Positions 41,901-51,806 of a stretch of 64,000 nucleotides of DNA are shown piece by piece. The notes under the pieces are model-generated. The model made no database searches and was not told the origin of the DNA. It saw only the letters and a list, made by a program, of their open reading frames with translations. Both the position numbers and the translations under genes were made by a program. The DNA comes from Acanthaster planci (Eukaryota). The number at the start of each line of letters is the position of its first letter. Within the stretch, counting starts at the first letter, position 1. The stretch spans positions 1,746,240 to 1,810,239 of the forward strand of contig NW_019091358.1 in NCBI RefSeq assembly GCF_001949145.1, read 5' to 3'.

Positions 41901-44900
41901 AGAGCACCTATACGGCGACTAAAAAAAACCAAAAACCCCTCTGTTCTTCTGCTCGGAGCAGATAACCCATTGTGCTTTAATTTTAGCCAATGAGCTGTCT
42001 GTTACAAACATTTTTTTTCACACTTTTGCGGATTTTTACCTGCAGTGAAGTTTCGGCAGTCTTGGCAGACACCACCCCCGCTGTAGTTCCCACTGGAATC
42101 CAAGCTACCATTCACTCTTCCAACTGCAGGGTCATAGATGCATGTGTCACTGTGCCCAAAGCAGTTGCATTCTACAGACAGCAAACAAAAAGGTCATTTC
42201 ACAAATGTCACTATAAATCTTGAGAACTGGGAAGAAAAAAAAAACACTGAAATGCACTGTGGAATTCAATATGGGCATTTCACAATAGTGCGCCTCCAAG
42301 AGTTTGCAACGCGTTGGCCAATCACAATGCGCGAAATATGTCAACCCAATGAGTGTTTGGAAAGGGTCGATAAATTTCACGCTTTGTGATTGGCCAACAA
42401 GTTGGAAACTCTTGGAGGCGCACTATCGTGAATCGCCCGTATTGTTGCATGGTCCCATTTCAAAGTTTAGTAACAATTAAGCAAGTCACAAACGGAAAAA
42501 ATTTATCTGTTGCATGTAAGTGAACACACAGGAACATTTTACTAATATTTATTCTCACTTGGCAGAATCCAAGCTTTCCCTCTTTCAGAAATGGAGGACA
42601 ACGGAGGATCTGAAGCATGTAGCATGGGTTTAAATTGCCTGTTCCAATACAGTATACAAATATAACATACATGTAGGTTGAGGTTGGATAGTCGATGTTA
42701 GTTCTGCTAATGGACAAGCTCTGAGCCAACTGACCTTGGCAAGTGAAGCCTGACTCGCCTGTCTGATAGGCTAACTGGTTGTAGAATGGCAGGCACTCGC
42801 TGCAAGTGGACCCGCCAGTGTTACCACCACACTCGCACTGGTAGGTCATGCGGCCAGGATCCCCAGCCAGGGGCTGCAGGGTACAGTCTGAGGCGTGGCC
42901 GTTGCATTCACAGCGGGCCAGAACATTGATGTTGCGGACTGTGTAATGATGCTGAAATCCAAGATATCGTCAGTAGTTAATACTCACATATACACTTCTC
43001 ACGTAAGAACCACTACCAACATTATGAATTTTTTTAATCATTCATACGGCAAACAACAAAACAATTTGTTATTCATCACTAATGTTGGACTGTCTGTCTG
43101 TCAATCAGGCTCTGGGCCATTTTAGTCAGTGAACAGCACCCAAATCATCTTTTTTCTGTGTCTTTAATAATTAAACACCAAAAAAATGGTGGGTTTTTTT
43201 TGAGTAACACTGAGGTTTTGTGATCATGGCTGTGCCGAGGTGGTTTGATGAGCTAGCCATTGTTCCTTGGAGTCCAAAATGCATCACTCTGGCTTGTCAA
43301 GGGATGAGTGTCTCAGTATTGTGATGTACATGTAAGCCGATGCAATATACATGTACATCATAAGTTCATGTACAAAAAAACGTGATGTATTTATGTACAT
43401 GTACATTGAACACCTTGTATCCAGTAGACAGCAAATTTGTAACCTCTGTCATGAAGACAGACATTGGAACTCTGAATAAATGCCTTTTAATGAAATTTTA
43501 TTTAATAACTGTCCTATTTAATCTTTTATGGTACACATATTTTTAATTTTCATTGGTTTTAATACTGCCCACAAGGAAATTAAGCTTACCTGATTACTAA
43601 GACTCAACAATGGGCAGCGCAGTGGATATTATTACTGACTGATTTGAAATACCTGTACAAGCAACTCTCACCCACATTTTTTTATCTAATAAAAACTACT
43701 AAAGTGAAAATCTCTTGGCCAATCAGAATGCTCAAACTGTCTTCCAAAATGTAGGAGTATAAGAATGAAATGAAACCCAAAGTTATTCCGATATTCAGAT
43801 CAAAAGAAACATCTATTCTCTCACATAATCATTTGAGAAAAGACCAAAACTCTGTTCCATGTTGTAGAAGTTAAATCGCACATATCTTGCACGCTGCCAT
43901 TCAATCAAGTTAGGTGGAGGGTTGAAGTCAAAAGTTATCTGCCAAAGAAAAAGAATGAAATGAAAATAAATGTAAGTTGCTGATTCTATTCAGGTAAGAC
44001 TCAATTCGTAATTGGTACAACTTACATGTACATGCCTTTATAGGTAAATGTATGTACTACTTTACACTTCTGTTAATACTGATGACTGTACATGTCATGA
44101 GGAAATTCATTTCATGATTGATATCATTTTTGGGTTGACAATTTTAATTTGTTCATATTTTTCCGAACAAATGATAGCCCTATCATGAACACTGCCAGGA
44201 TTTTGTCAAAGGGGGGGGAATCATTTTCCCCCATCGGGTGGGGAATTTATGAGAATTGATAACTTATGGTAAACCTGTTAAAGGGTGGAGGGTTGACTTT
44301 CCTCCCGTTTCTTGTCTTATTTCTATTTGCTTCATTTTTTCCCGACTTTTAATGTTTAATGTTTCCCCATTTTTTCAAGGGGGGATGTCCCCTCTTTCCC
44401 TCTCCTCGCGACGCCCATGGGCCCTGTTGTTATGATGTAATTCAGGGATAACTTTGTTCATTAAGCAGCTTTTCTATTGATAAGGTGAAACCAAAATTTG
44501 TTCCATGAAAACAGTTGAGTTCTGGCAAACGGCACTTCAAAGGATTATTGTCACCCACAAAAAACTGATCCCCAAAGCCATTTTACATGTGTACACAAAT
44601 CAATGCAATACTGAGGTTTCTTCCTTGGATAACATCACAGTTTTGCTCAAGAATATGGAAAAGCTTATTAAAAGTTTAACCAAAATTTTAAGACTTTTAT
44701 TTGAAAAACTGTATTGCATGGAAGTATTTGTGGAAAATGACTTCTGACTAAATTGATAATCCAAGGGTTACATTTGGCAAATTCCAGTGTGTGAGGACTG
44801 CAAAAAAACCAGTCTACAAATGGTAAAAGCAATCAGCACATGAAGAGAATGTGGTGACACCGTACTGACACCCCGAAAATGTCATGAGTGTATATACATG

Positions 44901-47900
44901 TATGTAATGCATGTACACTGACGCATTGTTGTTGAGGCTAGTAAACTTTTCCTGAATCCATCAAACTAAAGGTAAAGGGGAATACAGAACCAACTTGTTA
45001 TTTTAGGGGGGGTGGTAAAAAAAATGAAAATTGAACCTTTCTATGGGCTTTCTGGAGTTAATAGTGAATTTTGGGCTTTTTACACATTTGGAAGGAAGAG
45101 AACTTCAGCAGTAAAAAAAAAACAGTTCATTATTTTTGAAAAGAAAAAAAAATGGTTCCTTGGTGGCACTATGGCTCCTGTTGGTGCCCAGTGACTAATG
45201 CCAACATGGAAAGTAAAATTTGAAAATTTGAAGGTTGAAGATTATTCATGCATTAGTACAAATGACTACTCTGTGGACATATTTGGAACAAAAACTGGAT
45301 GAATTCTAGTTTATTTTACCACTTCATTTCTTGGCTGAGCACTTCCTGAGTACACTGTACAAAGTACAGAAGAAGTTTGACTGACAGTGGAAGTCACCGA
45401 CAGCTCAAACTGAGACGTACACTCGCTGCTAGATGTGACTTTGTAATGCCACGGAATAAAGGCAATGCCATCTGTTGACTTGAAGATGGCCATCTGCTTG
45501 GGTCGGACAGAGTCACCCATTTGTATCTGGATGCTTTCAATCTGGTAATTCTGCAAAGATTGCAAAGAAAACCAAATGAAGTTTAGAATGTACAAGGTGA
45601 AGAATTTTTTCCACATGTAAATGTTATGCTCAGATAGTGTGTTTACAAAAAGTCATGCTAGATATACTCTAGGATTTGCAAGTGTACAGTACATGTACGT
45701 ACATGTACATGTACATGAACATGTACTTCAAATCAAACGAATTTCACATATATATTTCTTGCTAACATGTACATGTACAGTCTACACGTACATGCTAACA
45801 TGAACATGTACATTCTACATGTCATGCTAACATGTACAAATACAGGTATGTAGACAACTTGGCCCATGTATACATGTACTTGCACTGCAGCCTGATTTCT
45901 ACAAGTGCTACCCACACACATTTTCTATTACGAAAGTCTTAGAAAAGGACTCAAATATAATTACTGTAATGCCCTAGCTGTCTATTTACACAAATTGTGT
46001 TTCTTTGTTTTTGCTTTTTTAGGGAATCGTCACTTTGAAAATCTGCACAGTAGTCTTACATGTACATGTACATGTACTTCTTTATGGCATGCATTTGATA
46101 GTCAGTACAATCGCATGGTCCTGCGTGTGGGGTCCTACTGACATTATTTTAACACAGTACTTCCTGTAATGATGTACATGTAACAAATTCCTGAATCCCA
46201 AAGCCATTCTGTGATGAATTTAAACAAGGATTGACAAAGTCTAGCAAAAGTTAATTGAGATTGTTCAAATAACCAAACAGGTAATTTTTAAAGATACGCT
46301 GTTCGTCTTAGTAGGAATAATCTATCAAGCTGTTTCAAATGTTAGGCATGTTACATGTATGTGTACGTGTACCTTTTTTTTGATGAAACTGAAGTCTAAA
46401 TATCTAATACACATATTTGAAATGATTGAGGAAAACAAAACTTCAGGAGAAATGTTGAAAATCTATTAAATGTGCTGCAAAATTATATTTTTGACTTTCA
46501 TCATTTCGTTTAAAAGTGAACAGATGTATATTCAGCTACGCCCAATACTGCAGGTAGTTTCCAATTGGAACAGTTGGGCTGAAGGCCTATTGTTCCTTCT
46601 TTGTCCTCCATAATTGCTTTTCCATTAATTCTACAGCTGATCTGCACACGCCCCTTTTGTGTGTCTGCTTTCGTTACAGTGAGTCATGCATACAGGTGGC
46701 GTACTGCAGCTGCTATGCACCTGTTGCTAGGTGATACACAGAATCAAGGGGGAATTTTATATGTCTGAATGATGTACATGTTCATGCATACATAATGTAT
46801 GGTTTCATAATGTGTCTTTAAATTGCAAACATGTTTACATATTTTTACGTACACGTACATTAACATACATAAAATTGTTCTTTGGAAAAAATCAAGCAAC
46901 AGGACTTAAATGTACATCTTTTTCAATAAAAAAATGTATGACACACTACAAGCTCTTTCAGTTTAAAAACTCAAGACATATTGTACACTTAAAAGACTTT
47001 AAAATTAAACATTCAATTTTCGGGAGTATCTGCTACAAGCAGACTTTTCCCCATCTGGACCTTGCTCTTCCACCCTGTAAAATTTACCTCCTGTAAATTG
47101 ATGGTTATCTGTGAATCTGGGCTCAGCATCCCTTCCTGCAGTAGTCTATTCCTAGAGGTGCTCTGCCACCATGTGTACACATCACCAGTAGCTGGATCGA
47201 GGTCCACCATATTCTCTGGACCATGGGCCAGTGCTGGGTTATTGGCATTGCAGCTTGAGATCACACGCTCGTTTGGCGGCTTGGCTATCTCCGTGTGTCC
47301 ATAAAAGTTCTCTGGGCCATCAAATCCGCAGGTGATATTAGCTGAGATGGGCTTGTTCAAGGCCACATTGACTGGAGAGGCCTGGGAATTGACTTGATTA
47401 ACCTGCAACAGGGAAAACAGAATTCATTGAAAGCAATTAAAGGTTAAGACAATCAGCCAAAAAACCATGATTGTATGCAGAGTGGTCCCCAGTCAACATT
47501 TTTTCAAATATCACTGCAGTATGTGTTTTTTTCATGAGCAGAGCCTGCAGGATTTTTTTTCGTTGAGTCTTCAGGGTTATTTTGACACCAATTTTGTGAA
47601 AATTATGAGCCATTCTCACACAGCAACCATTTAACTGTGACAGGTCAGCCAAAACTTGAATAATTTTTCCACTGCCAAACTCAACTTACAGTCTGGCACT
47701 CATGCATGTGGCCTTGATCCTCAAATGACCATGACGACAAAACTCTGTCAGATTGAGTCAAAACTTGCCATTTGTACAAATGAGGAGTATTTACATATAC
47801 ATGTACACATTCTTGTCAAGTTTTCAAAACTGGACATGGGACGGCCAAGTTCTTGGGTAGGGGACAAAAACCCACCCTATATGCCCCCTTCCCTATCCTC

Positions 47901-48937
47901 CCCCACCTGTGTGATGGTCCATATTAACCTGGCTCCTTTTGGGCTGCTTTTATTAAAAAAGATGGAAAGAGTTCCATATACAGACACGGCTTGACACCCT
48001 GTGCACATACCCTATGAGACTAGTCTGAAAAATTTTAAGTGTTTTCTAAGTAAATGACTTGTTTTTTTTCCGTAATAAATTCGCCTTGTCTTGATATGTT
48101 TAAAAAATTGCTTTCTTACCATGCTTAAAGCTAACAGTTCACTGTACGGAATACTGGCATTTGTACATATAAAAACTCTTCCCCAAAAGTTTAAAGCAGC
48201 AACATGTATGTACATGTATGGAAACGACTGAACAATTAAAGGCTTTCTGTTTTATGTGCAATTAAAACACACATACATGTAATGTAGGGCTATGTACATG
48301 TAAGCAATTCAAGTTACTGAAAAACTAACACGAGTAGAAATGCCGAACTGTGACACAATTAATTCATGGCTTTTGTGATGAACATGTAAGATTCTGCAAA
48401 TGAATTAATAATGGGGGGGAAAAGTGAAACCAAACCAAGGAAAGAATTCCATGTGCAGACATCACTTGACACCCTTTGCACAAACCCTATGCATGACCAT
48501 GATGACACTGGTCAAAAAATTAGAGTGTTTTCTAAGTAAATGCGTCAACATTTTAACTGCTAAAATTGACTTTTTAAGACATATGGTATTCTCACTTTCT
48601 GATGGCTAATAGTAATAAACTTTTGACAATAACATGACTGACAAAAGGAAAAGAGTGATGTACGGAACTCTTACCAAACCAATTATCTGAGATACATGTA
48701 CATGTAAATGAATGAAACAATGTTGATGAAGCTCTGTTATAAAATACCTAATTAAAGAAAACTGTTATTCCCGATACCGTACGAACAATTTTTGACATTG
48801 AACATGTTCAACTGCGGAAACCAACATGACGGAATTAAATAACAACACGCTGTACATTTCTTTCTCTATACACACACCTGTTGGAGAACACACGAACAGA
48901 CGACAACAATCTTCCAGAAAACGTCAATTTTCTCCAT
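562..48937 (-). CDS. Laminin subunit alpha-like chain (LN, LE repeats, LF/IV-B, L4/IV-A, coiled coil, LG); 3' end lies beyond window position 1
   Basis: 37 manually traced GT-AG exons with consistent phase, 5' to 3': 48878-48937, 47088-47402, 45320-45550, 43825-43938, 42735-42951, 42040-42171, 40470-40648, 39892-39997, 39070-39331, 37954-38092, 36932-37228, 36221-36327, 24344-24564, 23366-23502, 22546-22761, 21544-21684, 20681-20962, 20139-20341, 19454-19580, 17908-18049, 17491-17671, 16351-16544, 14877-15161, 14073-14225, 13168-13424, 12164-12484, 11383-11532, 10144-10336, 7626-7770, 5805-6049, 5110-5235, 4149-4337, 3368-3621, 2746-2921, 2357-2510, 1529-1720, 562-786. Motifs: signal peptide [22 protein letters not shown] ([20 protein letters not shown]), about 16 laminin-EGF repeats, CDQC at the coiled-coil start, LG ([14 protein letters not shown]). 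Confidence 0.93.
3368..13424 (-). CDS. Laminin exons 25-33: long-arm coiled coil
   Basis: Starts KCDQCVDTL. Heptad-rich A/L/Q/E/S sequence ends with alpha-chain-like [20 protein letters not shown], then RFSG at the start of LG1. Confidence 0.85.
4557..4615. mobile_element. Mini piggyBac-like MITE (51 bp plus TTAA on both sides), copy 1
   Basis: TTAA-CCCTAACACTCCTCAGTCCTCCA-ACAGG-TGAAGGATTGAGGAGGGTTAGGG-TTAA. It differs by 1 nt from 18538-18596. Confidence 0.75.
6612..7156. mobile_element. TTAA-flanked non-autonomous DNA transposon (~540 bp, piggyBac-like)
   Basis: TTAA-CCACTTGCTGC...GCAGCAAGTGG-TTAA, a perfect 11-bp TIR. A diverged full-length copy is at 41007-41572 and a right-end fragment at ~35853-36014. 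Confidence 0.75.
8867..9041. mobile_element. ~175-bp fold-back (palindromic) MITE, copy 1
   Basis: Long imperfect inverted arms (TTCACAGTAGTGTGCCTC...TTGGCCAATC / GATTGGCCAA...GGCGCACTATTGTGAA). It is an opposite-orientation homologue of 42268-42443. Confidence 0.75.
14073..24564 (-). CDS. Laminin exons 13-24: LE repeats with an inserted L4 (IV-A) domain
   Basis: [22 protein letters not shown], then four LE repeats. One LE is split ([10 protein letters not shown]...[18 protein letters not shown]) around an L4-type insert ([39 protein letters not shown]). Six more LE repeats follow. Confidence 0.9.
18538..18596. mobile_element. Mini piggyBac-like MITE, copy 2
   Basis: 58/59 identical to 4557-4615, with unrelated flanks. 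Confidence 0.75.
18628..18745. repeat. CAAGT/AAGTC subterminal-repeat array, probable hAT-like MITE end
   Basis: TGTTGTAACCGAGTC followed by about 9 AAGTC units. Related remnants lie at 3852-4053 (imperfect CAGTG(C/T)TGT TIRs) and ~10580-10652. Confidence 0.5.
18921..19073. repeat. Inverted repeat (~50-bp arms), probable MITE core
   Basis: CACTGCCTTTACTCACATGTTGGGAATGAAGGAAAC pairs with GTTTCCTTCATTCCCAACATGTAAGTAGAGGCAATG. Confidence 0.7.
25673..26644 (+). CDS. Intronless rhodopsin-family (class A) orphan GPCR, copy 1, nested antisense in laminin intron 12
   Basis: 323-aa ORF with seven hydrophobic segments: GN (TM1), LxxTD (TM2), Cys3.25, DRY, P5.50...Y5.58, ERKA...TWLP (TM6) and NPIIY followed by helix 8 (SKMFRK). 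Confidence 0.93.
   Translation: MSSYSYSWDGGNYPVLDTTFLLTTDIVTGLLATFGNLFSLLVIRATPETAVPDGTKVFMLTLTSTDFLTGTTYIISLIIRATEVNKAGIFICKGNAVVQLALFVMSIYVLVFIGVDRYLAVTRPLRYITLMTKRRAIVTSFTVCFLAMASAVTISSIYGVMYEPYILGCYPRFVTTDCTVSAVIHFTIILLPNAILVGIYTKLIGVSHHHAVRIRQLPVTGHSSKVRNDRSPNPPEVRSFAERKALQMFLLVNLALLVTWLPRCIAVLHTCYVYDKFDYTATVLLALSYFTTSSSSWVNPIIYTLTSKMFRKNALKLLKCYPN
29051..29148 (-). mobile_element. tRNA-derived SINE head (degenerate)
   Basis: Minus strand reads TGGATAGCACAGTTTGTAGAGCAC...GCAGGTTCAAATCCTGCTGCAGTCAATTTTCTTTG, with A and B boxes. It shares non-tRNA flanks with the copy at 60318. Confidence 0.7.
31669..32631 (+). CDS. Intronless rhodopsin-family (class A) orphan GPCR, copy 2, tandem paralogue of 25673-26644
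   Basis: 320-aa ORF colinear with copy 1. It has DRC instead of DRY, TWLP, NPIIY and N-terminal sequons NTS and NNS. Confidence 0.93.
   Translation: MNTSWQAWADGNNSAFDGAFFFATDTVTGVMATLGNLFTFLVIRVTSDTDVPDGTRVFMLTLTFTDLLIGITFVISLIIRATEVNEAGIFICKGNAVVQLALFIMSISVLVIIGVDRCLAVTRPLRYLTLITKRRATVTTIIVSSLIMAFTLIVISLHKVTYEPYIMGCYPSITTYCMASAFLHSFTILLPNAVLVGIYTKLMKVSHHQAMRIRQQPVPAHNREGRNDQPPHLPGVRSFAEWKALRMLLLVNLAFLITWLPRFIADLYTCYFNFDNTAIFLQALSYVTTSSSSWVNPIIYILTSKMFRKNALKWLKLHQN
33775..34073 (+). repeat. Local tandem duplication (~105-bp core, ~194-bp period)
   Basis: TGTAATTAATGTACATGTA...CATAAAAAGTCAAAATCTGCATTTATTCTGTAAGTGT.CTTTATAAAAGCTTG.AAATAA at 33775 and 33969. Confidence 0.8.
35853..36014. mobile_element. 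Right-end fragment of the 6612-7156 element family
   Basis: TTAGAGTAGCCA...AGTCATTCGTGTGGGTGTAAA...GAATTTTTGAAGAATTTT...CCTGGCAGCATATGGTTAA matches 7007-7156. Confidence 0.65.
36221..42171 (-). CDS. Laminin exons 6-12: LE2-LE5 and most of a short (~200 aa) LF/IV-B-like globular domain
   Basis: Eight-Cys LE repeats ([21 protein letters not shown], truncated CSCDAGG), followed by a Cys-poor domain starting [13 protein letters not shown] and containing LFDQVVALP. Confidence 0.85.
41007..41572. mobile_element. Diverged copy of the 6612-7156 element
   Basis: TTCA-CCACTTGCTG...GAAGTGG-TTAA. Shared internal blocks include CTGGGCTCT.TTTACA.GGC.GCAGGCCT.GCTGAAATA and TTCGTGT.GGTGTA..TGTCCA.TAAATGAA. 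Confidence 0.7.
42268..42443. mobile_element. ~175-bp fold-back MITE, copy 2
   Basis: TTCACAATAGTGCGCCTCCAAGAGTTT...AAACTCTTGGAGGCGCACTATCGTGAA forms near-perfect inverted arms. Confidence 0.78.
42735..48937 (-). CDS. Laminin exons 1-5: signal peptide, N-terminal LN domain and first LE repeat
   Basis: Exon 1 (60 nt, CAG|GTGTGT) joins in phase 0 to [20 protein letters not shown] hallmarks are [37 protein letters not shown] and [19 protein letters not shown]. Confidence 0.88.
45684..45880. repeat. Degenerate (TACATG)n simple-repeat cluster
   Basis: Dense run of TACATG/AACATG units, with another (TACATG)3 at ~46057-46077. Confidence 0.75.
47990..48542 (+). repeat. ~70-bp direct repeat pair in laminin intron 1
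   Basis: CTTGACACCCT.TGCACA.ACCCTATG...AAAAATT...AGTGTTTTCTAAGTAAATG at ~47990-48057 and ~48465-48542. Confidence 0.65.
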
Positions 48938-51806
48938 TCTTGAACAAAGACGGCAGGTATATTCTAGTCATCTAGGGTTTACTTGAGCCAAAGGAAAGTT
49001 GGGAACCCAGACGTTCTTCTGCTTAGCTCTAACCGCATTAACTTTTCGTAATTTTTGGACGACTTATTCCAAATGACACCAACGGTCGGCAATCCACACT
49101 CTCAAATATGATTGAGATACTTTCGTTCGGCTTTTATGACGCAATTTGCATATGAAAGTGATTGACAACAGGTGAATGCTTGGACCATGGAGGTAGGAAA
49201 AGACAAAATTGATTTCAGGGACCTAAAGAGTCGAGGTACAGCATCCAATTTGACTCAGATCTCTTGATTTGATTGATGGTGAGTAAAATGTTAGATTCTT
49301 TCAAAATCTTCCCTAAAATACTAAATATTGCAGAAAAGTCTGAAAGTCAATAGAGGGCGCTGTCCAAATTTTAGAGGTTAAATTACAAGTAATGGACGCG
49401 TAGCTGACGCGTTGCTATGCCAACTGGCTGCTAAACTCTCAGCTAGTCCGAATAAAGATCGGCATTATTAACCTTCTTTTCCGAAATTCAAGCCCAATTC
49501 ATTGTAAATGTTTTATCTCTTTTTTAAAAGAACAGAAAAAAAAACAGGTTTTCAAAAATTTCTTCAGAAAAATACAATACCATGAAGAATCAAAAGAACA
49601 ACCACAGTAATTAGCAAATGCAGAAAGTTTGATCTTAAAAAGTATCGATTCCTTTTATTTGATTCATCCATTAAAATATACCAGCAGTACAATTACTCAT
49701 TGTTTCAATATTTCATACACTTTGTGCACAAACATAAACACCCTTAATTTCACACTGTCATCTGCACATGAAAACAAAGCTTCATTATCCCATGTGAAGT
49801 TATACTTTGTTCTCAGGGCACCAGTACATATAAGAACAAAAAAATAATCAGAAAGACATGGGATTATTGAAAAAAATCGTGTCTCCAACACAAAGTGGAC
49901 AGCTATGCAGAGTGATCATATCTTATATTATGAAATATAGAATGAGAAATATTCTTTCCTTTTAACCCTAACCCCGGGGACCACCACTGAAATCATGCAC
50001 ATGCTTGTTGGATTCAGAATGGTTTGGGGTACTGGATTGAGAATTCAGGGCTGCAACATGTACAGCACAGTATATACCATGAAATAGAAGTATTTTAATA
50101 AATTTGACTCAAAACCCTTGAAATTGCACCTCTTCGTTCCAATTAAACTGATTTAATTTAAATTTTTTTTAGCACTTCTAACCATTATTTTGGAGCTTTT
50201 GGTTTTATGCTTATACAATTTGCATATTCTTGAGCAGAACTACGATGTCATCCAAGGCACTGAATCTCTAGATTCTAGATTTCTTTTAGACACTGCAATC
50301 ATAGATTTCATTTTCTTTGGCAATTTATTGCTGTGTAGGTACATGGCAATAAGCCAGTAAGCATCCTTTTTACAGAAATGTTTTCAGATAGTAAATTCGG
50401 AGTTCGCAATTTAAGCATGAAAACATGGAAGCTGAACCATGTCTTCCAGGATTTACATCAAAACAAAAGCGCCCTCACTTCTCCAGAAATCCTTGGTCAA
50501 TTTTGAATTTTTAAAAAGTGCACTTGCCAGTTCATGTATCTCAAAAATGACGTCAAACCGTCTTCATACATTGAAGAAGCGCACAGAGACACACAAAAAG
50601 TGATTCTAAGAAAAAAATTCCTTACAAGGCAACGGGTCAACAATCAGCGGTGAGGACATCCCAGCTGAATGTGCCTTCTTTGCAAACAAATGGGTAAGTT
50701 CAAAATCTTTGCCTTAGTCAGTTCATATATTAAAATGAAATTAATAACTTGAAAAAGTTCATATTTCGCTAAACAATCAATCTGTCGGTATACAATGCTT
50801 CGAAGTAATGTCTAAAGGAGGCACTGATGTTTAGGCCTGTTGACATAGGGATGATGGACCTGAACAAAAATTTGCTGTTCTTAGCCGATGACTAAGGGAA
50901 TTTGACGTTCTTGTTTGCTCTCTTAGGGTGCAACTGCACCCGTCCCGACCGAGTCATCCAACTCCTTCACCTTCACATCAGACACCTAGGCCGCCTCAAA
51001 TACAGTCCCCAGCAACGCTGCCGCCGGCATTAATCCAGCACTGCCCCCTGCCGTACCTCTCCAACTGAGCTTGCCAACAATAGCTATGGAGATATTCTTG
51101 CCGCCAATGCAAAGATACCATAACTAATGCAAAAGTAAATGCCGCTCGAAGTATCATACAAAATACAGTCGTTTATTTACAGGTTAGTTCACGAACTTCA
51201 GATTATATTCAAAATAAAAACGCTTTGGTTGTCCTTAACTGTCATAATCCGTTGAAACTGCTTGGATTTTTCTTCAGGCTGGGCTACTGAATATGCAGTG
51301 AAAAAATGAAAATATTGCCCTTCTGCACTACTTTTTGAGATAGCAAATAGGAATGATATAAGGCAAGATAGGTATGAACCAAAGCCAATTAAATCAATAA
51401 ATAGGCGACTTTAGGTATTTCATCTTCACTCATTGTAGTACATCTTTCAGTGTGCCATTTCTAGTGTGCCCCTTGGATTTTTTACGTGTGAAAACTGTCA
51501 AATCAGTGGCTCAAATGTTTCATCACAACTACAAAAAACCACTGATGTACACTACTCTTTATAATTATTTGTGAAAACTTCATGTGTTATTGAACATAAA
51601 TCAAGGTACTATAGGAGAAGCTTTTCAAAGTTTGGCCATTGTATGTATCCCACCTTGAATCCCTCAAGGAATTACCCATAAACATTTTACATAAATGTAT
51701 ATAACAGAATTTCACTGATAGGGTAGGAAATTTTCAATAATTTAACAAAGTACAAGGGTAGAAAATGGTCACTTTCCTAAATTTCTTAGTTTAGCAATGG
51801 ACTCTC

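Noticed and set aside
50900..51110. GC-richer island downstream of the LigB-like gene
   Set aside because: No convincing ORF, splice pattern or repeat partner. Left unassigned.
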